DNA of 63,938 nt, filler included, from Folioceros fuciformis (GCA_049999805.1; 11 parts of 11 records of this genome joined end to end with filler, not necessarily neighbours in it); one strand, 5' to 3'. Numbered from the whole stretch's first letter, positions 12,801-27,480 are shown. Program-made: numbers and translations. Notes: generated from the letters alone by a model not told the origin.

Positions 12801-14235
12801 CAGAGAAAAATGGAAGCTCTCTATTGCTGATGAGTGCAACTCGCTCATTAAAAATCAGACTTGGGAGTTGGTTGATCTACCACAAGGTAGAAAACCCATT
12901 AGTTGTAAGTGCGTCTTCAAAACTAAACTCAATGCTGATGGGACTATAGCCAGATATAAATCTAGGCTAGAAGCTAGGGGTTTCAGCCAAATACTAGGGA
13001 TAGATTATGGTGATACTTTTTCTCCTGTGGTGAAACCCCCTTCCGTTCGTATCCTGATAGCCTTGGCAGCTAATTTAGAGGTGCAGCAGATGGATGTCTG
13101 CACAACATTCTTACACGGTGAGTTAGAGGAGACTTTATACATGGATCAGCCTGAGGGGTTTGTGGACAAACAATATCCACAGAAAGTTTGTAAGTTGTTT
13201 AAAACAATCTATGGTTTAAAACATTCTCCTAGAGCTTGGTACAAGAGAATTATGAAGTACCTTAAATAGCTTGGTTTTCTACAATCTCCTGTTGATAGCA
13301 ATGTGTTCTTCCTTCCAGCTGGTGCTCAATTTGTCATCCTTGCGTTGTATGTGGATGACTGTGTATTGTTGAGTACCAACCTTGAGCAGCTTGCCATTGT
13401 TAAAGAGATGTTGCGCCGGGAATTTCAGATGACAGATCAGGGAGATCTTCATTTCTATTTGGGCATTCAGATTTTGCGAAATTAGTCAGCTGGCTTGATC
13501 ACTATGCATCAGACTAAGTACTTGAAAGAAATTTTATGTCATTTCAACTTACAACATGCTAGAGCAGTTGCTACTCCCTCGGCAGTGGGGGTTAGGTTGA
13601 TAGCTGAAGATCATACAAGTGTTGACAAGGCTGAGATGGCAGCTGTCCCCTATGTCAAGGCAGTAGGTTGTCTCATTTTTCTCTAATTGGACCCGTTCAG
13701 ATATCAGTTACATTGTCTGTGTTGTGTCTCAATTCTTGAAGCAACCTGGATGCATACATTGGGTTGTTGTCAAACGGATTTACAGATACTTGAAAGGCAC
13801 GGTTTCCTATGGCCTACAATATTCAGCAAGTGGTAGTAAGAGTTTGGTACTTAACTCTTTTGTAGATGCTGATTGGGCCTCGGATACAAATTTTTGAAGG
13901 AGCCTTTTAGCCTACTGCTTCCTATTGTCTTGTGCAATGGTGAGTTGGAGCTGTAAAAAATAGACTTCTCTTGCTCTCTCATCAATTGAAGCCAAATATG
14001 AAGCACTTAATGATGCATGCAAGGAGGCTGAGTGGAAAAGATAGTTTCTTGAATCAATTCAGCAGAAGCAGGAGGGTCCTACCAGATTGTTCTGTGACAA
14101 CATGAGTGCAATAGCCCTTGTCTCCAATCCTCGCTTTCATGCACATACAAAGCATATCAAGTTATACCATCACTATATACGATATGCTGCAGAACATGGA
14201 ACTGTTAAGATGGAGTATGTAAACACAAATGACAA
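9828..14235 (+). mobile_element. Degenerate Ty1/Copia gag-pol (gag, PR, INT, RT, RNase H)
   Basis: CHWCQLHGHW knuckle, WFIDSGATSH, LWHAKVGH, RT motifs YGDTFSPVVK, QMDV, YVDD, RNase H DADW and CDN; many stops and frameshifts. Confidence 0.95.
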
Positions 14236-17200
14236 TGTCAAGCCATATTGATTAATTAGGGTACCTAATTAATCAATTAGATATAATTAATCTAATTAGG
14301 TAGATCAAGGATAGCATAATTAGATTAGGGATAGCTAGGTAGGGAACGTGTGACCCGTTTAGGGTTCATAACTATTATTGTGCGAAACGGTGGAGAGGTT
14401 TTGAGTGTGGGCGGCATGGCAACGGTGTAGAAGAGGAGGACTGGGGGTAATGGCCAGGAGCAGGATGACATATAAGGGCTGAACTTCTAGGCTCAATCTT
14501 GCAGTTGTTAGAAGTTCTCTCGTTGAGCCTAAACCTGCGGGCTAGCCAAGGAACTGCTTGTCAATCCATTGCTCAGAATTAGAGTGAAAAATCGTTGATG
14601 AGTTGCATTGCAGTGTGAGCATGAGTGACTGGCCGTCTTAGCATGCCGTGCCGGGGCTAGGTGGAGAACTTATTACAACTTGCAAACCTAGCCGTTGTGC
14701 TTGCAGGATTGAGGCCTAGCTCACAAAACCCAGCGCTCAGGCAGGCAAGTTCACAAGTGCTAAGGTGCTCCGTCGCAAGCATCAGCAGGACGTCGATGGA
14801 CGCCAGGGCTGGACAGTGAGCTGAGGCACTTAGCTCAAGTGTCAGGGGAATTCAAGCAAGTTGTGGTGCCCCGTCGCGAGCATCAGGGTATTGTCAATGC
14901 TGGACAGTGAGCGGAGGCACCCAGCTCAAGCGCCAGAGGAATCCCAGCAAGTTGTGTGTCATGTCGCGGGCACCAAGGTAGCGTCGGGGCATGGAGGTGC
15001 TGAGCAGCGTGTTGATGGGCAACGATGAATGTGTGTGTGCATGAGTGTCAGGAGCCAAGAGGGAGGGACTCAGTGAGCGCAAGCTGAGTCTGTCCATGAA
15101 CCCGAACCGACTCAACTGTGTGGAAGTTCCGCTCACGGAGCTGAGGAGGCAACTGTACAGTCTGTGATCTGCAGGGTGGGGGGGAGGACGCTCAGGTGAA
15201 GCTGAATCCATCCAGTTGTGAGCTAGGGCCAAGGAAGGACAAATCGTGTGTGTGGGAGCGACGCTTGTGTGCACGCACGCAAGGCCACTGACGCTGCACT
15301 CAGGACTGAGAAGCTGAGGATCACGACACTGTGCATGGGCTTCAACGGGATGCTTGGATTAAGGCGCTGTGACTGACCTGTAGCGTGGTGTCTGGTTTGC
15401 AAAGTGGTGCATGAATTGTGACACCGTTCCTGGCTCGTGACGTGGTGTAACTGAATCATGAAGCTGTACTTGGACCTCAACGCTGCGACTTGATCGTGTA
15501 ACTGAGCCTGGATCATAATGCTGACCCGGCCTAGGCAGGCTGTGAGCAAGAGAGGAGATTTGGGTCACGGATAGGGCTCTGTGGACTCCACATGCTGAAT
15601 AGACCCTTGGGAAAGGATAGGTTTTCTTTTTTTTTGGATTGGTGAGGGAGTGTTGTAGAGGAAAGGTGGGGAGATTAGGTTAGAATAGTAGCTAGATTGA
15701 TGGTGAGTCGATAGGGTAGGTAGGTTGTGTGGTGGATAGGACGTGGGCTCTGGTTCCTGGGGTAAGGTGATGGAGGAATAGTAAACCCTAGGACGTCATG
15801 GAAGGCGAGCAGGGCTCTCTCTGGTCGATGCTGGTGGAAGCGGGAGACGGGAATAGCGGTGCCTGGGACTGAGGGCCCGAGAGCAGGCGGTCACGCAAGG
15901 AGGGCCTAAGGTTGTGGGAGCATCATGTTCGGGGAAAGTTAGCCAGCCAGATGGCCGGGTAGGGGGAGTGTTGCCTCATGGTCAGTAGGTTGGAGGGTAG
16001 CCGGGTGAGTAAATGGACCGGCTGTTCGGCTAGCCATACGAGTCGGCTAACTTGGCCTGGGCGAGGCCAGGCAGTCGGCTGGCCAAGGGAGGAGTAGGCA
16101 GCAGCCAGGCAGGTGGCATGGCCAGACCCAGGCCGGGGGCTGGGCCGGATCGGACAGGTTGCCTAGCAGGCACTCGTGTAGGCTAGGCGGGTGGTGGCGG
16201 AGCACAAGCAAGTAGCAGCCTGATGGGGGGTTCGCTAGAGCTAGATGGGCGGCTTGGCTGGTCATAGGTGAGAGCAGGTGCCGGATCGGCGGCTACTGTG
16301 GAGGGGACAACCAGGCCAGGCCGTGGCGACTGTGGAGCTGGTTGTCGGTGGCCAATCCAGGTCGGTGTAGGCCACGAACGGGCAGCTAGCAGGGGATCGA
16401 CAGCAACTGGGGACTAGGCCGCACCAAGCAGGCCGGCTTGGAATCGTCTGGTGATGGCGAGCTGCTGGAGCGCAGGCTGGAGCTGAGCTGGGCAGCCGAG
16501 TTGGTCGGATGGCTACTGAGGAGCCTAGTCGCAGCCCAGCCTAGCCTAGCTACAGGCAGGCTGCGGGCCGGTCTGTTGGGCTAGCTTCTGGCCAGGTTCA
16601 GGAGGGCAGGAGGCCGGGCATGTCGGTGGCAGGCCAGCTGAAGGGTAAGCGGCCATCTCGGAGTCCGGGCTGGCTGTGGCTGCCCATGACTGGTGCGAGG
16701 CAGCCTGGAGCACAAAGGAGCAGCCAGCTGACGGGCGGGCTGGCTGGCCTGGCTGGGCGGATCCAAGCTGGTTGAGACCGGGGCAGGATCTGGAGGTTGG
16801 CAAGCGGTCAGCAGCAGCCGGGTCTTGGTCGGCAGGGCGCTCCAAGGCTGCGGTAGTATCAGATTCAGGAGGCAGACCAGCCAGGCGCGGGCAATGGCAT
16901 AAGGTCCTGGACAGGCTGGGTGGCGGCACCTCTCCAATGGCTGTAAAATCAACTACTGTAGGGCCCAAGCACGCAGGCGGCCAGCCGGATTCAGGCTGGC
17001 TGAGCAGGTGGCCTGGCCATGGCGGCTGGTCGCAGCTGGGCCAGATAGCCTAAGGCGGCGCTGGATCGTAGCCAGACGGGCCTCTGGCTGATCCAGATCG
17101 TGCTGGCCAGGAGGGGGGGCCAGGTATGCGAGAAGGATGGTAGAGGGGCTGCTGGCTGGTGATGGTTGGTTGAGGAGCTTAGCCAAGCAACCCAGCCCGC

Positions 17201-17267
17201 GCCGGTGGCGAGCAGGCTGCCGGGATCGGATCCCGGCTAGGATCTCTGCTAGGCCGCGGGACCGGCT
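14236..17267. repeat. Large non-coding repeat, probably an LTR or LARD-type insertion into the Copia RNase H
   Basis: Copia frame ends at VNTNDNV where TGTCAAGCC begins; contains ~95-bp imperfect tandem units (14765-14970) and GC-rich GCCAGCC/GGCTGGC-rich tracts; no recognisable protein. Confidence 0.5.
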
Positions 17268-17367
17268 NNNNNNNNNNNNNNNNNNNNNNNNNNNNNNNNN
17301 NNNNNNNNNNNTTAATTAATTAANNNNNNNNNNNNNNNNNNNNNNNNNNNNNNNNNNNNNNNNNNNN

Positions 17368-17631
17368 TAATATTAAACTAATCACCCAACCCTATGGCCT
17401 GGTACCGAACCTAAACCTTCCCAGCTCGGGGACCAAACCTATACCCACTCTTATAACCAAACCCACTATTTCTTGGTCAATTAACCCAATTAGCACAAAG
17501 AAAAATAGGAAAAATGACCAGAAAATCAAGGAAAATTAGGGAAAATAAGTTGAAAAAGAAAACCAAACCATACCACTATCAACCCTTTTTCAACCAAAAC
17601 AAACTACTACCCCAAACTTTGGAGGTTCACA
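17368..17631 (-). repeat. LTR terminus of a repeated (Gypsy-like) family, copy 1
   Basis: Near-identical to 23662-23884; ends ...ccccaaactttggaggttcaca (TG start on minus strand). Confidence 0.75.
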
Positions 17632-19548
17632 CTGACCCTGTACACCCTAGTGCACTGCCCTCTTTGGTGTCGGCCTACTCACTGCCTGACTTGCTTGCTG
17701 CGATAGCCTCCTCTCCGTCCTGCCTCCTTGCTCTATTGTTCTTGTTGCCCACATCCCACTGGGGCGCACCTCATTGATGGCTCTTCTCCTCACTCTGCCT
17801 TGTTGGAGATCCTAAGGATCCCTCACCTCTCTTCCTAAATAAGCCAACCTTAGCATGGATCTTGGTCCTCGAGCCTAAGACCGAACCTAATCCGAAACCT
17901 AAGGGTTGGTGCCAAAACCAAGTTTGTGTAGGCTCGGTAACCAAACCTAGATCCTTCCCTTAGACAACCCAAGTTGTTGAGGTGATAGAGCTGCATGTCA
18001 AAAAGTGAACAAAGCAGAAGAGAAAGAAGGAAAAAAGAAAGAAGAAAAATCTAACTAAGCACATCTACCTCTTTCCTAACAAAACCTGGCCGTTGTCCCA
18101 ACAATTAGAGGCTTATAAGGGTTATGAAGCATTTAAATGGAAGACTATTTAGAAAAAAATTATTCTAGGTTTTATTACACTCAACATACAAGTCTCGTAG
18201 GACCACCTTTTGTACAATTTGTTCACAACATAATTCTCTTCACTTTTGTGCTATGCTCTAGATTTTGTTAGGCTTGGCAATGTTGAAACGGTTTAAGAGG
18301 CACTTCCTTGGTGGGCCTTAGTTTGTGTGTATATGCTCTCGTGTGTGTGTGTACCCTACCATCACTCTCTTGAATTGAATAGTCTCTTGAGCTCTACGCT
18401 TGCTCACATTGTGACCATCCCCTTATGCAAATATTCTTGGCTTAACGTGTTTGGTTGGCCATAGTGTGAACCCCTCCAATAACCAAAGCAATGCTCCAGT
18501 GGGATACGGATGTTTGGTCCCCAACATCCAGACTTCGGTCCGAACACAACTTTTGTTGAAATTCTCGATTTAAATAACTTCTTGCCTCTCTCGGACTCTG
18601 CGGCATGTTGACTGCGGTAGACCAGGGCGAAGGGATTAGCAGGAAGACTGACACATCCAAGCTACCATCGTACCTGTGTGGAACATTAAATTTAGAGGCC
18701 AATGTTCCGAGAGATAGAAGTGATGAGGATCCCTCCGAGGGATAGAAGTGGGATTGATCTATTAGGGGGACGGAGGTGGTCTGGTACTGAACCGCCAAGT
18801 TTGGCAAGAAGTCCGAGCAGGGGACCTACTAAACCAGGCTGCATGCAACCACTCTAAGTTCCCATGTGACATGCAACCACTCTAAGTCCTTAGGTGCTTG
18901 GGAGCTTAGGGAAAGCAGCCATTTGTGAGCGACCTGGAGGCCGGATCCTAGGGTCTATGAGCAAGAGGAAGAAATTGGAGTAGCGGGGCCATGGATTCGT
19001 TCTTTTTTTCCCCTCCCTCGCACTCTCCACTCTCGCAGGCCTGTCACCCAAGTTGCAATGGAGGAGGATAGCTCGTTGGGTGCTGTGGACTGGGAATCTA
19101 GGGGTAAAGCAGGGTGTGCTAGAGGAGGTACAGGTTGCATGCTGGGCTGGCTGGAGCAGTGACAAGAAGGGCTGTGAGCAAACGGCATGAGGAGCTATCT
19201 CCCAAAGATTCTTTTTTCTCTCTAATTTGTTGATCATGGGGATCTGGCTTCAATGGGGGTTTTGCATCCCGCTAATCTTTTGATTTTGGTGTGGAGAGCA
19301 ATGTGTGGAGCCAACCAAGCTCCCTTTGGATTACTGCTCACAGGAGCTGCCTAACGGGGTNNNNNNNNNNNNNNNNNNNNNNNNNNNNNNNNNNNNNNNN
19401 NNNNTTAATTAATTAANNNNNNNNNNNNNNNNNNNNNNNNNNNNNNNNNNNNNNNNNNNNCAACCACAGCTTAGCACCCTATTATCCGCACCATGCACTC
19501 TGGGCTCTTGTAGATAACACACATCCCGATACTAGACTCTTCTTGTAA

Positions 19549-22500
19549 TTGTGTATGACATCAGGAGAGTTGAGTGTGCCAAAAGCTCCCCCCTTGCCCC
19601 CAAAACCAAAGAGTCATAAAATTAGAATCCCGCCTAAACCACCAGCCATGGCTCAGACAACAGTGAACAACTTTACTACGTTTGAGTTTAGGGAGAAAGA
19701 CAGGTTTGCGGGTAAAGATTTTGAGATATGGTCGGCAAGGGTGAAGTCAATTCTCTTGGACAAAGAGTTGTGGGGAAATGTTTCTGGGCAAGTTGTCAGG
19801 CTAGTTCCAGTAAATGTTGGAGCACCAACAGCAGCAGAAACAATGGCCATTCAGAACTGGGAAAAGGATGATCGTAAAGCAAGGGCATTGCTAATGCAGA
19901 GTCTCGCCACTGAGACTATGCATCATATGCTGTCAACAACAACTGCAAAAGAAGCTTGGGATCAAATCCAAGACTCATATGTTGCAAAGGATACCCTAGC
20001 ACTAGTATTGGCCACTCAACATTTCTATCAGCTACGAATGCTGGACCAAGACACAGTTGAGAAGCATATAACTCAGTTCAGAATCAATCGCTCCTGACTT
20101 GCAACTCTAGGAACGATCGTAAATGATGAACACGCTGGTGTGATTCTGCTAGCCTCTCTACCCACATCTTGGTCAGCATTCGTAACTTCTCAGCAAGGCT
20201 GTGCAAATTTGACAGTGGCGATGGTCATCTCTGCTATGTATCAACACGAAAACACCAAGCGGATGGCATCCTCTTCCCAAAATCAAGGTGATGGAGGAGT
20301 GTTGTTCGCACGGGGACGTTTTCAGAGGTCAGGGAAGCCCTGGCAGAACAAAGATCAAGGAAGTCAAGGGTTTCACAATACAAACCGAAAGAATGGTAAA
20401 TGCTCCTACTGCAAGAAACTGGGGCACTTCTGGAAGGAGTGCAGGAAAAAGAAATTCGATGACCAAAAGCGTGGGATCTCGTCGTCAAAAGGTACCAGCT
20501 CACAACTTGTTAGCTCCCCGGGGTGCTTTATTGCGACCTGTAATATAGCAGCAAAGTTTGATAGCTCCTGTTGGTTCCTTGATTCCGGAGCTTCTCATAT
20601 AATAGGTGAAGGGACAGTTGAGTTACAGCTGGCTTTAGGGGGACTGCTCTCCCTGCATCCAGTGTTATTTGTCCCAGCTTTAACCAAGAATCTACTCTCG
20701 ACAATAGCGTTGGGTCAGCTAAAGCTGTACCGCATAGTGATGGAAGATGATGTGATGTTTATAACATTGAAAGTAACACCAGATAAGGTGCTTGTGACTG
20801 GACAGCCTGAAAAGGGCTTAATACTCCTGGATGCAAGAGCTATTAATCAGAAGCAGCTGAAAGCGAAAGTTACAAGTATGGACACCACACAGTTATGGCA
20901 TCAATGACTCGGTCATCCATCTTTTCGCAAGCTGAAGCAACTTGTAACAGGAGAATTCGTAACAGGAATACCACAGTTTCCTGTGAATACTCAATGTTTT
21001 TGTGAGCCCTGTATTTTAGGAAAACAGGAGCGTCAGCCACACTCTAGAAGTTCAACTAGAGCCGGAGAACTATTAGCATTAGTCCATACGGACGTATGCG
21101 GGCCAATGGAAAATGCATCGTGCGGAGGGAGTCGTTATTTCGTCACATTTATAGACGATCTAAGCCATTTTACATGTATTTATTTCATGCACAAGAGGTC
21201 AGAAGTATTTTTGAAGTTTAAGGATTACATCAGCTATGCTCAGAGACATACCTCAAAACAGTTGAAGGTTCTGCGGTCTAATAACGGAGGGGAATACTCT
21301 TCATCCGAATTTGATCAGTTCTGCAGGAGGTATGGCATCCAACGGCATTTCTCTGTGGCATACACACCACAGCAAAACGGGATAGCTGAGAAGCGAAATA
21401 AGGACCTCAACAACTCAGCAAGATGCATGTTGCAAGCTGCAAAGCTTCCTAAGATTTATTGGGCAGAAGCAGTATCTGTAGCAACACACATACAGAACAG
21501 GTTGCCCACAAAGAAACTCATAGAACTAACACCCTTTGAGGCATGGACAAGACGCAAGCCAGATCTTAGGTATCTGAAGGTGTTTGGGTGCGTGGCGTAT
21601 GCACATGTGCCTGCAGAGAGACGTCAAAAATGGGATCCAAAGGGAAGAAGACTCATGTTTGTTGGTTATGCCGATGGAATTAAGGGGTACAAGTTGATTG
21701 ATCCCATTGTCAGAAAGGTCACATATGCCCGAAATGTGATCTTCAAAGAGGATTCAATGTGGTCAGCATTAAGAGGGAGCAATGATCAACTAGAGCTGGG
21801 GAAGGATACAGACGTATCTACTTATCCTGAAGAGGTTGAGACAACCATACCCTCATTCCCAACTAGCCAGCCAGACACCTTCTCTCCCAGAAGGCACCTA
21901 CCACCACCATCAGCAGCTGCAAATCCTCCCGATCCAGGTGGTGGTGCCGATTCAGGTGAAGGTGATTTATTATCACCACGAGAAAATCAACAGCAACTAG
22001 ACAATCAACAGCGATTAGATGATGTTCCAGCACCTACTACACCAGTTGAGCCAAGTTCTCCGCAACATGAGAATCAACCCAGACGTTCACAGCGGATCAG
22101 ACAGCCACGCGAGTTATGGAAGGAGCCACCTCTCACCTATGACCATGCCCGTCAGTTGGCATTTGAAACAAGAGAAGCAGCTGATGAAGCTCAGAGAGGT
22201 AGTGATCCGCAAAGTTATGATGAGGCATTATCAGGCTCCAATTCAGCAGGCTGGAAAGAAGCTATAAAGAAAGAGCTTGACTCGTTGTTGAAAAACGAGA
22301 CGTGGGAGCTGGTGCCATTACCCCTAGGGAGGAAGCCGATTAATACAAAGTGGGTGTTTAAGACAAAATACAAAGCTGATGGCATCCTAGAAAAACTGAA
22401 AGCCAGATTAGTGATAAAGGGTTTCAGTCAGATACTAGGTGAGGACTATCTAGAAACGTTTTCACCAGTGGTTCGATTAGGCTCAGTTCGACATTTGATA

Positions 22501-23561
22501 GCTCTGGCTGCACAAGAAAACCTAGACATCCATCAAATGGATGTTCAGAGTGCGTTTCTGCATGGCACTATAGAGGAAAATATATATATGGAACTTCCTC
22601 AAGGATATGATCCAGGACTGGGAGATGAGCATTTAGTCTGCAAGTTAAAGAAGGCTTTGTATGATTTGAAACAAAGCCCTAATAAATGGTTTGAGTGTAT
22701 CAGAGATTACCTGATTGCATGCAGATTTGAACAGAACCCGTCAGACACCAATGTGTTTATCCTGCGAGACTCTCAGGGATTTGTACTACTTGCATTATAT
22801 GTAGATGATACTATTTTAGTGTCAAATAGTCCAGATACGCTGCAGAAGGCCAAAGATATCTTGTCAACAAGGTTCTCCATGACAGATATGGGTGAACTTC
22901 ATTCGTTTTTAGGGATGAGAATAACGAGAGATAGAACAGAAGGTACAATTACCTTGTCCCAAGAGAAGTATGTGCAGCAAGTTTTGAGGAAGTTTCACAT
23001 GGAATCTGCAAAGCCTATTGCTACACCAATGTCAACATCAGTAAGGTTAGTGCCAATGCCAGCACCTCTGTCAACGGAGGATATACAACTCATGGAACGA
23101 ATTCCATATAGAAATGCATGCGGATCGCTGCAGCACTTGCAAGTTTCGACTCATCCAGATATTAGTAAAGTTGTATCACAAGTATGCCAATTTTTTCAAG
23201 CATACAAGAATGAGCACTGGACTGCTGTGAAGAGAGTTCTGCACTACCTTAAAGGCACAGCATTATATGGCTTGATCTATAAAGCAAACAGAAGTCCAGG
23301 ACGCAGTGTAGCTAAGTTACAACTCACAACATATTCAGACAGTGATTGGGCTGGAGATTTGGAGAAGAGGCGTTCAACGGCTGGCTACGCAGTGGTTGCA
23401 GCCTCAGCTGCAATTTCGTGAGCAGCAAGCGCCTACGGACAATTTGTCTTTCATCTGTAGAAGCTGAATATTCAGCGTGCACTGAAGCTGCAAAAGATGT
23501 AGTGTGCCATCGTCAGTTTGCGCAGGGGTTAGGGATGCAGTATGATCAAGCAACAAAGTTG
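19549..23561 (+). mobile_element. Ty1/Copia gag-pol, comparatively well preserved (few stops), runs into gap
   Basis: FREKDRFAG, CSYCKKLGHFWKEC, WFLDSGAS, integrase HTDVCGP and QNGIAE, RT QMDVQSAFLHG and YVDD, RNase H SDSDWAG; 812-aa open stretch. Confidence 0.97.
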
Positions 23562-23661
23562 NNNNNNNNNNNNNNNNNNNNNNNNNNNNNNNNNNNNNNN
23601 NNNNNTTAATTAATTAANNNNNNNNNNNNNNNNNNNNNNNNNNNNNNNNNNNNNNNNNNNN

Positions 23662-23884
23662 ACCTAAACCTTCCCAGGTCTGGGACCAAACCTATACCCA
23701 CTCTTATAACCAAACCAACTATTTCCTAGTCAATTAACCTAATTAGCACAAAGAAAAATAGGAAAAATGACCAGAAAATCAAGGAAAATTAGGGAAAATA
23801 AGTGGAAAAAGAAAACCAAACCATACCACTATTAACCCTTTTTCAACCAAAACAAACTACTACCCCAAACTTTGGAGGTTTACA
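23662..23884 (-). repeat. LTR terminus of the repeated family, copy 2, inserted into a Copia RT
   Basis: Matches 17368-17631; TGTAAACC start replaces RT after ISALKSK. Confidence 0.8.
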
Positions 23885-26800
23885 CTTTGACTTCAAGGCT
23901 GAAATCACATCACTGCTATTCCCATCAATTAGCATATGATCCACATAGAGGACCAGAATGAGCAAGATTCCATCCTTAGCTTGCTTTGTATAGAGGCAAT
24001 GATCCTCATCGCTATGCTTGTAGCCTTGAGAGAGCATAAATGAGTGGAACTTGTAATACCACTCCCTTGGGTGCCTGCTTCAGACCATAAAGGCTCTTCT
24101 TTAACCTACACACTAGATTCTCTTTGCCCTTCTCAATGAAACCCTCTGGTTGCTGCATGTATACCTCTTCCTGGAGATCACCATGCAGAAATGCCGACTT
24201 CTCATCCATCTGGACAAGTTCCATGTCGTGCGTCACAACCAGAGCAAGAACACATCGCAAGGTGGTCATTTTGACAACTGGTGAGAAAATCTCATCAAAG
24301 TCAATACCTTGCTGTTGCTTAAAACACTTAGCAACCAATCGCGCCTTGTACTTGGGTTTGCCATAATAGGGTATCTCCCTCATCTTATACACCCATTTGC
24401 ATGGCAACGCCTTCTTGCCCCCTAGGCAACCGAACCAACTTCCAAGTTTGGTTCTTTTGGAGCAAATCCATCTGCGACTACATCGCCTTCTCCCACTTGT
24501 CCTTGTCAATCACTGACATGGCCTGTTGATAATAGGAGGACTCCCCACAATCCGTCAGCATGACATAATCAAGAGATGCAACATACCTGTCAGGAGGACG
24601 TGAAATCCTTCCTGACCTACGAAGCACTGGCTCCTTGATTGGAGCTGGTTGCACTCTCTCCTCTTCTACAAGGGGAGGAACTTGTTCCTGCACATCACGA
24701 CATTCAACCTGCACGAGACGGTCAAGTCCATCTTCTTGGAAGACCACCCGTCGCACCTCCACAGTTGGAGTAGGCTTCTTGTGCATCTTGGTCTCATTGA
24801 AGAACACGTCATTGCTATGAACCATCCTCTTGACCTCTGGATCCCACAGTCGGTATCCCATCTCACCAGACTCACCATAGCCAAGAAAAATACATTGTCT
24901 TGTCTTAGGAGCCAACTTGTCCCGACACTCCTTCGGAACATGGTAGTATGCCTCGCAGCCAAACACTCGTAGATGCTTGTATGACGGCTTCTTTCCTGAC
25001 CACATCTCCTCTTGAACCTGTTCATCCACAGCGCTATTAAGAGATCTGTTAATAAGATACCACCGCGGTAGACACTGCTTTAGCCACAAATCCGTTAGGC
25101 AATCCAGAGTTTGACAACAAACTACGCATCCTCTCTTGGATGGTTCTGTTCATCTGTTCAGCCACACCATTCTCGGGAGGAGTATACGGCGCAGTCAATT
25201 CTCTCTTGATTCCCTTGGAATCACAGAATGACTGGAAAGCCTTCGAAACATACTCTCCCCCATTGTCTGTCCTTAGACACTTCAGTCGGAGGCCAGACTG
25301 ATTCTCCACAAGGGTCACAAATTTATGAAACACTATAAGAACATCATCCTTTTTCCTCAAAGGATAAACTCACACCTTGCGTGAGAAATCATTTATAAAA
25401 GTGATAAAATAGGATGCACCACCTAAGGATACAGTTGGCATAGGTCCACAAACGTCACTGTGAACCAACTCAAGAGGTTTACTTTTGTGTTTACCTCTTG
25501 CTCCATGTGGTGACTTCATCTGCTTCCCATACAAACAATGCTCACACACGGAGAAATCGGAGAAGTCAAAAGCAGGGGCATAACCAAAACGAGATAAGAT
25601 CTTAATTCCTTTTTTAGACATATGTCCTAACCGACTATGCCACAAGGAAACACTTGGCTGTTCCCTTACACAAATCACATGATCCTTAACAGTGGTTACC
25701 TGAAGTGAGTACAAAGTGCCACACTTCGATCCACGAGCTAACAAAAGAGAACCTTTGGAGATCTTCCAAGAACGATCTCCAAACCAACAGTGGTACCCAG
25801 CGTTATCCAACTTCCCTCCGCTAATCATGTTTTTGGTCAACTTCGAAACATGCCTAACATCCTTCAGTACGAATGAAGATCCATTGTCGAACTTCAGCTA
25901 CACATCACCAATGCCTACAATCTCACATGCGTAGTTATTTCCAAGCTGAACACGTCCTTTCCTAGTAGCATCATAGGTGCTAAACCACTCCCTATGCGGA
26001 GTAACATGGAAAGATGCTCCAGAGTCAATTATCCAATTAGAGAATAAATGACTCTCCACGGCTGTCAGTTGTGCATAATCGAAGGAAGAAGAGGTAAGAA
26101 CATCTCCATCATCAATAGAGTTCACCTCGTCATGCTTGACACTTGGACTTTCCTTGTTGTCGCTCTGCTTCTTCTCCTTTCCTTTGTCCTTCTTGAACTT
26201 CTCGCAGTCCCTTCTGATGTGACCCTTCTTGTGACAATGGTAACACTCAACATTGTTACGACTATGAGACTTACTACGGGAAAGACTTCGCTCCTTGTAC
26301 TTCCCCTTTGAAGTGGACCTTCCTCTGACCATGAGGGCATTGGAACCTTTCGAAGGTTCCATATTCTTCTTGTTCACCTCTTCTATTTATAGGCTACGTT
26401 CTACATTTACCATGGTGAGACCACTGGCAGGAGCGGAATTACTCAGAGCTGTACGAAAGGTGTCCCAGCTCTTTGGTGATGTGACCAACAGAAACATAGC
26501 TCTCACGGAATCTCGGAACGAGATACCTTGAGATGAGAGATGGCTGAAAATGGTATTGAACTCATTCAGATGATCAGACATCCTCGTCTCTTCCTTCATC
26601 TTCAAGTCCACTAGCTGTTTCAACCAATACACCTGAGAAGCTGCACTTTGCTTCTCGTATAGGTCACACAACTTCCGCGATAGCTCGTAACTTGTGGTCT
26701 TGTCTTTCACATTGAAGTAGACTGACTTTGACAATGTTAGCATGATGGTAGATCTAGCAAGTTCATCTAGATCCTGCCACTCATCCGGAGTCATGCTAAC

Positions 26801-27480
26801 ATGTTTCACTCCTAGCAGCTTGATGGGCTTGATCTACTTGTTCTGTACTAGAACATTATACACTTGTTCTTTCCAAAACGGAAAGTTCGTGCCATCTAAC
26901 TTCTCGATATTGAACACGACGTTTTCTGAGGACGCCTTGTTTCAAAGTCGATGCAAATCAAGCAAAAGGCTAGTTAGAAAGCAGCGTCAGTGCTTGTCTT
27001 CCTAAGATGTGTATAAGACGAATCGGCTGTCCACAATCCTACTCGATGGACCTAAATTTTCTGATTGAAATCTGGCTGCTTCGTGGTTGGGATTTCTAGC
27101 ACGCGCTCACGTCGCTTGCACCTCAGTGCCCACTCCTCGACGACATTACTTGTGTCGACTACGTCTCGACGGCCTCACCTGCACCCTAGTGGCCTCCGTG
27201 TCGGCGTTTGCGCATCAGCGCCCGCTCTGGCACCAGGTGTCTCGCGGCGCCACCGTCGCCCGTCGCCACCGTCGGGCGCACTGGCGCCCCTTGCCGGGCT
27301 GGCACCCTGGCAAGCGCCTCCCCCGGGCCAGGGCCTGCGGCGGCCTGGCTTGCACCCCCGCGGCCGAGGGCCTGCCTGCACCCCTCAGGGGTTGGCGAGC
27401 TGGCCGCCTAAGCCTGCCCGGGTGTGGGGTTAAAATATGGTACCCGGGGGTACCGCGAGGTCCACACAAGCCCTCTATGT
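23885..27480 (-). mobile_element. Degenerate Tnt1/Tork-like Ty1/Copia element (GC-rich leader, gag, PR, INT, RT)
   Basis: IEKLDGTNFPFWKEQ, CYHCHKKGHIRRDC, WIIDSGASFH, LWHSRLGHMS, LRTDNGGEY, DFDEIFSPVVKMTT; leader homologous to the 51497-52026 region. Confidence 0.95.

Noticed and set aside
16047-17267. Multiple ORFs in the GC-rich repeat
   Set aside because: Low-complexity GC-rich repeat DNA, open in many frames, no homology signal
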